64,000 nt of DNA. It comes from Squalus acanthias (lineage: Eukaryota). The position numbers and the translations under genes were made by a program. Below, piece after piece: positions 1 through 9,700 of the stretch. Below the pieces are notes generated by a model. The model made no database searches. It saw only the letters and a list, made by a program, of their open reading frames with translations, and was not told the origin of the DNA. Where the stretch lies: positions 1,302,001 to 1,366,000 of the forward strand of contig JASTWF010000034.1 of the NCBI GenBank assembly GCA_030390025.1, given 5' to 3'. Position 1 is the stretch's first letter, and every line of letters begins with the position of its first letter.

Positions 1-501
1 GTCCCAATGTTGTCATCCTGCTGCCATGTCTCTGTAATGGCTATCAGATTGTACTTATTTAATTCTATTTGCGCCATCAGTTCATCTGTTTTGTTTCGAA
101 TGCTACGTGCATTCAGATACAGAGCCTTTAATTTTGTCCTTTTATTATTTTTGTAACCTTTAGCCTTATCTGCTGATTTACTCTTAGATTTGTACTCTCT
201 ATCCCTTCCCGTCACGGTCTGTTTATCATTTCCCATATTAATACCTTTCTCTTTTGTCTTGTTTCTACTCTTTGAATTACCACATCTTCCCAGATTTGAT
301 CCCTGGCCCCCAATATTTAGTTGAAAGCCCTCTCCACCGCCCTAGTTATATGACCCTCCAGAACACTGGTCCCAGCACGGTTCAGGTGAAGACCAACCCA
401 ACGGTACAGATCCCACTTTCCCCAGTACTGGAGCTAGTGCCCCAGGAAGCAAAACCAATTTCTCCCATACCAGTCTTTGAGCTACGCATACATCTCTCTA
501 A
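1..501 (-). mobile_element. CR1-type LINE fragment (end of ORF1 esterase + start of ORF2 APE endonuclease)
   Basis: Minus strand of 1-126 reads ALYLNARSIRNKTDELMAQIELNKYNLIAITETW (APE N-terminal motif); 320-500 resembles the decayed esterase C-terminus seen at 25578-25700. Confidence 0.8.
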
Positions 502-1510
502 TTTGATGGAACAGGGTAGAGGGAGCTTTACTCTGTATCTAACCCGTGCTGTATCTGCCCTGGGAGTGTTTGATGGGTATTTGTAGAGGGAGCTTTACTC
601 TGTATCTAACCCGTGCTGTACCTGCCCTGGGAGTGTTTGATGGGTCTTTGTAGAGGAAGCTTTACTTTGTATCTAACCCGTGCTGTATCTGCCCTGGGAG
701 TGTTTGATGGGTATTTGTAGAGGGAGCTTTACTCTGTACCTAACCCGTGCTGTACCTGTCCTGGGAGAGTTTGATGGGTCTTTGTAGAGGGAGCTTTACT
801 CTGTATCTAACCCGGGCTGTATCTTCCTGGGAATATTTGAAGGGACAATGTAGAGGAAGCTTTACTTTGCATCAATCCCTGTGCTGTACCTGCCCTGGGA
901 GTGTTCGATAGGTCTTTGTAGAGGGTGCTTTACTCTGTACCTAACCCTGGCTGTACCTGCCCTGGAAATGTTTGATGTCAGTGTCCAGCAAGCTTCACTC
1001 TACATCTAAACTGTTCTGTAACTGCCCTGGCACTTTTTGATAGGACATTGTAAAGGGAGCTTTACTCTGTACCTAACCCATGCACTACTTGCCTTGCGAG
1101 TGTTAGATGGGACAGTGAAGACGGAGCTTTACTCTATATCTAACCTGTGCTGTACTTGCCCTGAGAGTGTTTGTGGGACAGTGTAGAGGGAGCTTTATTC
1201 GGTATCTAACGCGGGCTGTGCCTACCCTGGGATTGTATGATGGGATTCTGTAGAGGTATCTTAAATCTGCATCTAACCCGTGCTGTACCTGGCCTGGGAG
1301 TATTTGATGGGTCTTTGTAAAGGCAGCTTTACTCTGTATCTAACCCGTGCTGTACCTGCCCTGGGAGTGTTTGTTGGGACAGTGTAGAGGGAGCCTTACT
1401 CTGTATCTAACCCGTGCTGTACCTGCCCTGGGAGTGTTTGATGGGACAGTGTAGAGGGAGCTTTACTTTGTATTTAACCCATGCTGTACCTGCCCCGTGT
1501 GTATTTGATG
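502..1510 (+). repeat. 67-bp tandem satellite, left part
   Basis: Unit GTAGAGGGAGCTTTACTCTGTATCTAACCCGTGCTGTACCTGCCCTGGGAGTGTTTGATGGG...; AACCCG recurs at 541 and 608. Confidence 0.95.
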
Positions 1511-1566
1511 GACAAAATTGAGAGGTCGCACAACACCAGGTTATAGTCCAACAGTTTTATTTGAAA

Positions 1567-1604
1567 TCACAAGCTTTCGGAACTATCGCTCCTTCCTCAG
1601 GTGA
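1567..1604 (-). ncRNA. Minimal type-I hammerhead ribozyme in left pLTR
   Basis: Reverse complement of 7171-7208: TCAC-CTGAGGA-A-GGAGC GATA GTTCC-GAAA-GCTT-GTGA. Confidence 0.8.
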
Positions 1605-1943
1605 AGTAAATTGGATACAGAATCGTCAGAGCATATATAGATGGAAAAAAAAGCATGTGTACTTTACAATTGCAGACCAATAAATTAAATCATCCTGACT
1701 ATCTGCCGAGGTGTGATAAAGTTAATTAAGTCAGCCAGGAAGGTACCACATCAAAAGACATAGCAAGATACAACTGAGACAATGAGGTGAAGTCGCAGGG
1801 GTTCTAACGTGTCAAAAGCTGCCGTCTGTATGTAAAACGAAAAGCTTTAAAAAAAAAAAAAATTTACTTTTTTACTGGGAAAATTTTTACTTTTTTACTG
1901 GGAATCACATCTGTGAACAAGCTAACGACGACTCGAGTCCGGA

Positions 1944-4622
1944 TCACGTCATGTATCGTGACATAAACCCAAGATCCCGATTGAGACCGTCTTCATGAGT
2001 GCAGAACTTGGCTATCAGTTTCTGCTCGATGATTTTGCGTTGTCGTGTGTTTCTAAGGTTGCCTTGGAGAACGCTTACCCGCAGATCCGAGGCTGAATGT
2101 CCTTGACTGCTGAAGTGTTCCCCGACTGGGAGGTAACAATCCTGCCTGGCGATTGTTGCGCGGTGCTCGTTCATACGTTGTCTCAGTGTCTGCATGGTCT
2201 CGCCGATGTACCATGCCGCGGTGCATTCTTTCCTGCAACGTATGAGGTAGACAACGTTGGCCGAGTCACATGAGTATGTACCATGTACCTGGTGGGTAGT
2301 GTCCTCACGTGTGATGGTGGTATCTGTGTTGATGATCTGGCATGTCTTGCAGAGTTTGCCATGGCAGGGTTGTGTGGTGTCGTGGTCGCTGTTATCCTGA
2401 AAGCTGGGTAATTTGCTGCGAACGATGGTACTTCTGAGGTTAGGCGGCTGTTTGAAGGCAAGTAGTGGAGGCGTGGGGATGGCCTTAGCGAGGTGTTTGT
2501 CGTCATCGATGACATGTTGAAGGCTGCGAAGAACATGTCGTAGTTTCTCCGCTCCGGTGAAGTACTGGACGACGTAGGGTACCCTGTTGGTTGTGTCCCG
2601 TGTTTGCCTTCTGAGGAGGTCTATGCGATTTTTCGCTGTGGCCCGTCGGAACTGTCGATCGATGAGTCGAGCGTCATATCCCGTTCTTACGAGGGCGTTT
2701 TTCAGCGTCCGTAGGTGTCCATCGCGTTCCTCCTCGTCTGAGCAGATCCTGTGTATTCGCAGGGCTTGTCCATAGGGGATGGCTTCTTTAACATGGTTAG
2801 GGTGGAAGCTGGAGAAGTGGAGCATCGTGAGGTTGTCCGTGGGCTTGCGGTAGAGTGAAGTGCTGAGGTGTCCGTCTTTGATGGAGATTCGTGTGTCCAG
2901 GAATGAGACCGATTCTGAGGAGTAGTCCATGTTGAGTTTGATGGTGGGATGGAACTTGTTTATGTTATCGTGTAGTCTTTTCAGTGATCCTTCGCCATGG
3001 GTCCAAAGGAAGAAAATGTCGTCGATGTATCTGGTGTACAGCGTTGGCTGGAGGTCCTGTGCAGCGAAGAAGTCTTGCTCGAACTTGTGCATGAAGATGT
3101 TGGCGTATTGGGGTGCGAATTTGGTCCCCATGGCTGTTCCGTGTGTTTGGGTAAAAAAATGGTTGTCGAAGGTGAAGACATTGTGGTCAAGGATGAAGCG
3201 GATGAGTTGTAGGATGGCGTCTGGAGATTGGCTGTTGTTGATGTTGAGTACTGAGGCTGTTGCAGCGATGCCGTCATCGTGGGGGATACTGGTGTAGAGT
3301 GCCGATACGTCCATCGTGGCAAGGAGTGTTCCTGGTTCAACTGGTCCGTGGGTGCTGAGTTTCTGTAAGAAGTCTGTAGTGTCGCGACAGAAGCTGGGGG
3401 TTCCCTGTACGATGGGTTTCAGAATGCCCTCGACGTATCCAGAGAGGTTCTCACACAGGGTTCCATTGCCTGATACGATAGGACGTCCGGGTGTGTTGGC
3501 TTTGTGTATCTTTGGGAGGCAGTAGAAGTCTCCCACGCGGGGAGTACGTGGGATGAGAGCGCGTAGGATGTTTTGAAGGTCTGGATCGAAGGTCTTGATC
3601 AGTCTATTGAGTTGGCGGGTGTGTTCTTTGGTCGGATCTGCGGGTAGCTGTCTGTAGTGTTCCTGGTTGTCCAGTTGTCGGTATGCTTCTTTACAATAGT
3701 CCGTTCTGTTCTGTATGACGATGGCTCCTCCTTTGTCCGCTGGTTTGATGACAATGTTGCGGTTGGTCTTGAGAGCGTGGATGGCGTTGCGTTGTGCTCG
3801 GGTGACATTCTGGACTGTCTTGTGAGTGCGGCTGATGAATCTGGCGTTGATGCATTTCCTGACAGCTTGAGCATACATGTCAAGCTTGGGGCAGCGACCC
3901 TCCGGAGGGGTCCAGTTTGACTCTTTTTTCTTCGGTTGCTGCACTGCGAGTCCCTCTGTCTGCTGTTCTGGATCATTGATTGTCTCATTGGGTTTGTTGC
4001 TGACATCTTGGGATTTGTGGAAGTATTCCCGGAGCCTCATTCTCCTGATGAATTCCTCCGTGTCTGCCGCGAGACCGATGGGGTCCATTTTGGTGGTTGG
4101 GCAGAACTTGAGCCCTAGGGCGAGAACTTCGATTTCGTCTGGTTGAAGGGTATGGTCGGACAAGTTGACGATGGACTTCCCTGTGGTTGCAGCCGTGGTA
4201 CCGGGGGAGGCTTGGTTGCTGCTGGTGGTGATGCCGAGTTTCTCAAGCTTCCTGTTCTTGATGCGCATGTAGGCAGCGTAGTTCCGTTGCCTCGTCTGTT
4301 TGGTGGTGTCTCGTAACTGGTCTGCTGTGTCCTGAGCACAGGCTGAGAGCATGGACTCTATCTTGGTTTCGAGGTTGTGGCGTTTGCTGTAGAGCTGGTG
4401 TACGAGATGGTTGAGGAGTGTGCGAGAGGTACGACGGCAGAGTCTCTCAGCGTAGTCTGTGTTGTATGTCGACTTGAGTGGGTTCGTGATCTGTAGTCCT
4501 TTCGGGATCTTGTCTGCTTTCTTGCATCTCTGTAGATACTTGATGTCGGTGTCGATATGCGCGATCTTCTTGGCGATTCTCTCCACTTTGAGCCGGCAGT
4601 TTGTGGTGTCGATAGTGGTCAT
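1944..4622 (-). CDS. PLE polyprotein: reverse transcriptase + Cys linker + GIY-YIG endonuclease (apparently full length, ~892 aa)
   Basis: Uninterrupted ORF with IKPADKGG, GTAMGTKFAPQYANIFM, RYIDDIF (RT), CHGKLCKTC linker and VVYLIRC..C..AWYIGET (GIY-YIG). First ATG is at 4622 (MTTIDTTNC); the ORF-track start at 4631 lies across the inversion junction. Confidence 0.93.
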   Translation of the reverse strand: MTTIDTTNCRLKVERIAKKIAHIDTDIKYLQRCKKADKIPKGLQITNPLKSTYNTDYAERLCRRTSRTLLNHLVHQLYSKRHNLETKIESMLSACAQDTADQLRDTTKQTRQRNYAAYMRIKNRKLEKLGITTSSNQASPGTTAATTGKSIVNLSDHTLQPDEIEVLALGLKFCPTTKMDPIGLAADTEEFIRRMRLREYFHKSQDVSNKPNETINDPEQQTEGLAVQQPKKKESNWTPPEGRCPKLDMYAQAVRKCINARFISRTHKTVQNVTRAQRNAIHALKTNRNIVIKPADKGGAIVIQNRTDYCKEAYRQLDNQEHYRQLPADPTKEHTRQLNRLIKTFDPDLQNILRALIPRTPRVGDFYCLPKIHKANTPGRPIVSGNGTLCENLSGYVEGILKPIVQGTPSFCRDTTDFLQKLSTHGPVEPGTLLATMDVSALYTSIPHDDGIAATASVLNINNSQSPDAILQLIRFILDHNVFTFDNHFFTQTHGTAMGTKFAPQYANIFMHKFEQDFFAAQDLQPTLYTRYIDDIFFLWTHGEGSLKRLHDNINKFHPTIKLNMDYSSESVSFLDTRISIKDGHLSTSLYRKPTDNLTMLHFSSFHPNHVKEAIPYGQALRIHRICSDEEERDGHLRTLKNALVRTGYDARLIDRQFRRATAKNRIDLLRRQTRDTTNRVPYVVQYFTGAEKLRHVLRSLQHVIDDDKHLAKAIPTPPLLAFKQPPNLRSTIVRSKLPSFQDNSDHDTTQPCHGKLCKTCQIINTDTTITREDTTHQVHGTYSCDSANVVYLIRCRKECTAAWYIGETMQTLRQRMNEHRATIARQDCYLPVGEHFSSQGHSASDLRVSVLQGNLRNTRQRKIIEQKLIAKFCTHEDGLNRDLGFMSRYMT

Positions 4623-6830
4623 ACCCTTCAACCAGACGAAATCGAAGTTCTCGCCCTAGGGCTCAAGTTCTACCCAACCACCAAAATGGACCCCATCGGT
4701 CTCGCGGCAGACACGGAGGAATTCATCAGGAGAATGAGGCTCCGGGAATACTTCCACAAATCCCAAGATGTCAGCAACAAACCCAATGAGACAATCAATG
4801 ATCCAGAACAGCAGACAGAGGGACTCGCAGTGCAGCAACCGAAGAAAAAAGAGTCAAACTGGACCCCTCCGGAGGGTCGCTGCCCCAAGCTTGACATGTA
4901 TGCTCAAGCTGTCAGGAAATGCATCAACGCCAGATTCATCAGCCGCACTCACAAGACAGTCCAGAATGTCACCCGAGCACAACGCAACGCCATCCACGCT
5001 CTCAAGACCAACCGCAACATTGTCATCAAACCAGCGGACAAAGGAGGAGCCATCGTCATACAGAACAGAACGGACTATTGTAAAGAAGCATACCGACAAC
5101 TGGACAACCAGGAACACTACAGACAGCTACCCGCAGATCCGACCAAAGAACACACCCGCCAACTCAATAGACTGATCAAGACCTTCGATCCAGACCTTCA
5201 AAACATCCTACGCGCTCTCATCCCACGTACTCCCCGCGTGGGAGACTTCTACTGCCTCCCAAAGATACACAAAGCCAACACACCCGGACGTCCTATCGTA
5301 TCAGGCAATGGAACCCTGTGTGAGAACCTCTCTGGATACGTCGAGGGCATTCTGAAACCCATCGTACAGGGAACCCCCAGCTTCTGTCGCGACACTACAG
5401 ACTTCTTACAGAAACTCAGCACCCACGGACCAGTTGAACCAGGAACACTCCTTGCCACGATGGACGTATCGGCACTCTACACCAGTATCCCCCACGATGA
5501 CGGCATCGCTGCAACAGCCTCAGTACTCAACATCAACAACAGCCAATCTCCAGACGCCATCCTACAACTCATCCGCTTCATCCTTGACCACAATGTCTTC
5601 ACCTTCGACAACCATTTTTTTACCCAAACACACGGAACAGCCATGGGGACCAAATTCGCACCCCAATACGCCAACATCTTCATGCACAAGTTCGAGCAAG
5701 ACTTCTTCGCTGCACAGGACCTCCAGCCAACGCTGTACACCAGATACATCGACGACATTTTCTTCCTTTGGACCCATGGCGAAGGATCACTGAAAAGACT
5801 ACACGATAACATAAACAAGTTCCATCCCACCATCAAACTCAACATGGACTACTCCTCAGAATCGGTCTCATTCCTGGACACACGAATCTCCATCAAAGAC
5901 GGACACCTCAGCACTTCACTCTACCGCAAGCCCACGGACAACCTCACGATGCTCCACTTCTCCAGCTTCCACCCTAACCATGTTAAAGAAGCCATCCCCT
6001 ATGGACAAGCCCTGCGAATACACAGGATCTGCTCAGACGAGGAGGAACGCGATGGACACCTACGGACGCTGAAAAACGCCCTCGTAAGAACGGGATATGA
6101 CGCTCGACTCATCGATCGACAGTTCCGACGGGCCACAGCGAAAAATCGCATAGACCTCCTCAGAAGGCAAACACGGGACACAACCAACAGGGTACCCTAC
6201 GTCGTCCAGTACTTCACCGGAGCGGAGAAACTACGACATGTTCTTCGCAGCCTTCAACATGTCATCGATGACGACAAACACCTCGCTAAGGCCATCCCCA
6301 CGCCTCCACTACTTGCCTTCAAACAGCCGCCTAACCTCAGAAGTACCATCGTTCGCAGCAAATTACCCAGCTTTCAGGATAACAGCGACCACGACACCAC
6401 ACAACCCTGCCATGGCAAACTCTGCAAGACATGCCAGATCATCAACACAGATACCACCATCACACGTGAGGACACTACCCACCAGGTACATGGTACATAC
6501 TCATGTGACTCGGCCAACGTTGTCTACCTCATACGTTGCAGGAAAGAATGCACCGCGGCATGGTACATCGGCGAGACCATGCAGACACTGAGACAACGTA
6601 TGAACGAGCACCGCGCAACAATCGCCAGGCAGGATTGTTACCTCCCAGTCGGGGAACACTTCAGCAGTCAAGGACATTCAGCCTCGGATCTGCGGGTAAG
6701 CGTTCTCCAAGGCAACCTTAGAAACACACGACAACGCAAAATCATCGAGCAGAAACTGATAGCCAAGTTCTGCACTCATGAAGACGGTCTCAATCGGGAT
6801 CTTGGGTTTATGTCACGATACATGACGTGA
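4557..6830 (+). CDS. PLE RT+GIY-YIG, 5'-truncated second copy with chimeric 21-aa N-terminus
   Basis: Translation identical to the minus ORF from HTLQPDEIEV onward except C>Y (KFYPTT); the first 21 aa come from the antisense strand of the other arm. Confidence 0.85.
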   Translation: MRDLLGDSLHFEPAVCGVDSGHTLQPDEIEVLALGLKFYPTTKMDPIGLAADTEEFIRRMRLREYFHKSQDVSNKPNETINDPEQQTEGLAVQQPKKKESNWTPPEGRCPKLDMYAQAVRKCINARFISRTHKTVQNVTRAQRNAIHALKTNRNIVIKPADKGGAIVIQNRTDYCKEAYRQLDNQEHYRQLPADPTKEHTRQLNRLIKTFDPDLQNILRALIPRTPRVGDFYCLPKIHKANTPGRPIVSGNGTLCENLSGYVEGILKPIVQGTPSFCRDTTDFLQKLSTHGPVEPGTLLATMDVSALYTSIPHDDGIAATASVLNINNSQSPDAILQLIRFILDHNVFTFDNHFFTQTHGTAMGTKFAPQYANIFMHKFEQDFFAAQDLQPTLYTRYIDDIFFLWTHGEGSLKRLHDNINKFHPTIKLNMDYSSESVSFLDTRISIKDGHLSTSLYRKPTDNLTMLHFSSFHPNHVKEAIPYGQALRIHRICSDEEERDGHLRTLKNALVRTGYDARLIDRQFRRATAKNRIDLLRRQTRDTTNRVPYVVQYFTGAEKLRHVLRSLQHVIDDDKHLAKAIPTPPLLAFKQPPNLRSTIVRSKLPSFQDNSDHDTTQPCHGKLCKTCQIINTDTTITREDTTHQVHGTYSCDSANVVYLIRCRKECTAAWYIGETMQTLRQRMNEHRATIARQDCYLPVGEHFSSQGHSASDLRVSVLQGNLRNTRQRKIIEQKLIAKFCTHEDGLNRDLGFMSRYMT

Positions 6831-7170
6831 TCCGGACTCGAGTCGTCGTTAGCTTGTTCACAGATGTGATTCCCAGTAAAAAAGTAAAAATTTTCCCAGT
6901 AAAAAAGTAAATTTTTTTTTTTTTTTAAAGCTTTTCGTTTTACATACAGACGGCAGCTTTTGACACGTTAGAACCCCTGCGACTTCACCTCATTGTCTCA
7001 GTTGTATCTTGCTATGTCTTTTGATGTGGTACCTTCCTGGCTGACTTAATTAACTTTATCACACCTCGGCAGATAGTCAGGATGATTTAATTTATTGGTC
7101 TGCAATTGTAAAGTACACATGCTTTTTTTTCCATCTATATATGCTCTGACGATTCTGTATCCAATTTACT

Positions 7171-7208
7171 TCACCTGAGGAAGGAGCGATAGTTCCGAAA
7201 GCTTGTGA
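7171..7208 (+). ncRNA. Minimal type-I hammerhead ribozyme in right pLTR
   Basis: Stem I TCAC/GTGA, core CTGAGGA, stem II GGAGC/GTTCC, GAAA, palindromic AAGCTT in place of stem III; AATAAA follows immediately. Confidence 0.82.
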
Positions 7209-7297
7209 TTTCAAATAAAACTGTTGGACTATAACCTGGTGTTGTGCGACCTCTCAATTTTGTCCACCCCAGTCCAACACCGGCATCTCCGCATCAT

Positions 7298-8525
7298 GTA
7301 TTTGATGTGACAGTGAAGAGGGAGCTTTACTCTGTATCTAACCCGTGCACTACCTGCCCTGCGAGTGTTTGATGGGGCAGTGTAGAGGGAACTTTACTCT
7401 TTAACTAACCCATGCACTAACTGCCCAGCGAGTGTTTGATGGGACAGTGTAGAGGGAGCTTTACTCTGAACCTAACCCGTGCACTACCTGACCTGCGAGT
7501 GTTTGATGGGGCAGTGTAGAGGGAACTTTACTCTTTAACTTACCCATGCACTACCTGCCCTGGGAGTGTTGGATGCAACTGTGTAGAGGGAGCTCTACTC
7601 TATATCTAACCATTGTTCTATCTGCACTTCGTGTGTTTGATGGCACAATGTATAGTGAGCTATACTCTATATCGAACCCGTGCAGTACCTGGCCTGGGAG
7701 TGTTTGTTGGAACAGGATAGAGGGGTCTTTACTCAATATCTAACCCGTGCTGTACCTGCCCTGGGAGTGTTTGATGGGACAGGATAGAGGGGTCTTTACT
7801 CAGTATCTAACCCGTGCTGTACCTGCCCTGGGAGTGTTTGATGGGGCAGTGTAGAGGCAGCTTTACTCTATCTCTAACCATTGCTGTACCTGCCTTGGAA
7901 ATGTTTGATGGGACAGTGTAGAGGGATCTTTAATCTGTATCTAAACCGTACTGTTCCTGCCCTGTGAGTGTTTGATGGGACAGTGTAGAGGGAGCTTCTA
8001 CTCTGCATCTAACTCGTGCTGTAGCTGCCTGGGAATGCTTGTTGGGACAGTATAGAGAGAGCTTTACTCTGTATGTAACCCTTGCTGCACAATGTTTGAT
8101 GGCATAATGTGGAGAGAGCATTACTCTGTATTTAACCCGTACTCAACCTGCCCTGGGAGTGTGTTTTGGGACAGTGTAGAGGAAGCTTTACTCTGTATCT
8201 GAACCTTGCTGTACATGCCCTGGGAGTGTTTGATGGGACAGTGCAGAGGGAGCTTTACTCTGTATCTAAACCGTACTGTTCCTGCCCTGGGAGTGTTTGA
8301 TGGGACAGTGTAGAGGGAGCGTTACTCTGTATCTGAACCTTGCTGTTCCTTCCCTGGGAGTGCAAAAACGGGCAGTGTATTGTGCGCTTTACTCTATATC
8401 TAACCCATGCTGTACCTAACCTGCGAGTGTTTGATGGGACAGTGCAGAGGGATCTTTACTAAGTATCTAACAAATGCTGTACCTGCACTGGGACTGTTTG
8501 ATGGGACAGTGTAGTGGGAGCCTTA
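7298..8525 (+). repeat. 67-bp tandem satellite, right part
   Basis: Same unit as 502-1510, continuing after the PLE TSD. Confidence 0.95.
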
Positions 8526-8845
8526 TAACTCGTTATAACATTAGAATCCTTAATAAACATTTACAAAAAGTGTATAACGGGTTATTAAGGATTATAATGA
8601 TTTATAAAGGGTCATGTCCCTTTATCATATTTTGCATCACTTTGTACCCCATTCAAATCACTTTATAATCCTTTGTCAATCATTATAACACTTTATAAGC
8701 CTTTGTAGATCATTACAACCCTTTATATTCCTTAACAATTCATAACACTTTATATTCTATTATCAACCTTTATATATCATTATAATACTTTCTATTCATT
8801 TATAATAATTTATAACCCTGCATAATCCTTTATAACCCTTTATAA
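8526..8845. repeat. AT-rich low-complexity tract (TTATAA-based)
   Basis: Repeated TTTATAA/TTATAAC words. Confidence 0.6.
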
Positions 8846-8849
8846 AGCG

Positions 8850-9700
8850 TCAGGATACAACGTAGGGATGATGGGTCGGTACTCAAATTGGCAGGATGTG
8901 ACTCCTGGTGTCCGGCAGGGCTGTGTTTTTTGGCCTCAGCTATTCACAATATTTATTAATGACTTCGGTGATGTCATAGAAAGTCATATACCCAAATGTG
9001 CCGATGACACAAAGATAGGCAGCATTATAGGCAGTGTAGGTGAAACCATAAAATTACAAAGGGATTTTGACAGATTAAGGGAATGGGCAAAACTATGGCA
9101 AATGGATTTCAATGTAAGCAAATGTGAGGTCAATCACTTTGGACCCTAAAAGGAAAGAACAGGTTACTTTCTAAATGGAGAAAAGCTAAAAAGAGTGGAT
9201 GTCCAAAGAGAGTTGGGGGGTCCAGGTACATAGATCATTAAAATGTCATGGACAGGTACAGAAAATAATCAAAAAGGCTAATGGAAAGCTGGTCTTTATA
9301 TCTAAAGGACTAGATTACAAGGGGCTAGAAGTTATTCTGCAGCTATACAAAACCCTGGTTAGACCACACCTGGAGTATTGTGAGCAGTTCTGGGCACCAC
9401 ACCTTAGGAAGGATATATTGGGCTTGAAGGGAGTGCAGCACAGGTTTACCAGAATGATACCCAGACTTCAAGGATTAAGTTACGAGGAGAGATGAGGGTT
9501 CTATTCCCTAGAATTTAGAAGGTTAAGGGGTGATCTGAGCGAAGTTTTCAGGATATTAAGGGGAACAGATAGAGTAGATAGCGAGAAACTATTTCCATTG
9601 GTGGGGATACTAAGACTGGAGGCACAGTCTAAGAATTAGAGGCAGTCCTTTCAGGAGTGAAATTTGCAAACACTTCGACACACAAAGTGGGAGAAATTTG
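8850..9700 (+). mobile_element. CR1 LINE RT 3' fragment (decayed)
   Basis: GVRQGCVFWPQLFTIFIND, ADDTKIG, LYKTLVRPHLEYC; interrupted by stops/frameshifts. Confidence 0.88.

Larger units (their letters stand above)
1509..7297. mobile_element. Penelope-like retroelement (Neptune-type), inverted/palindromic insertion
   Basis: Arms 1509-4154 and 4620-7266 are reverse complements; RT+GIY-YIG ORF in each; TSD TGTATTTGATG at 1500-1510 and 7297-7307; the satellite resumes on both sides. Confidence 0.95.

Noticed and set aside
2053..6721. Mirror-image small ORFs inside the PLE arms
   Set aside because: Alternative-frame and antisense ORFs duplicated by the palindrome; no recognisable motifs
6828..7000. 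TGA stop of the PLE ORF as possible selenocysteine read-through (as in Naiad PLEs)
   Set aside because: No internal TGA in the ORF, related copies stop with TAG or TAA, and no SECIS recognised
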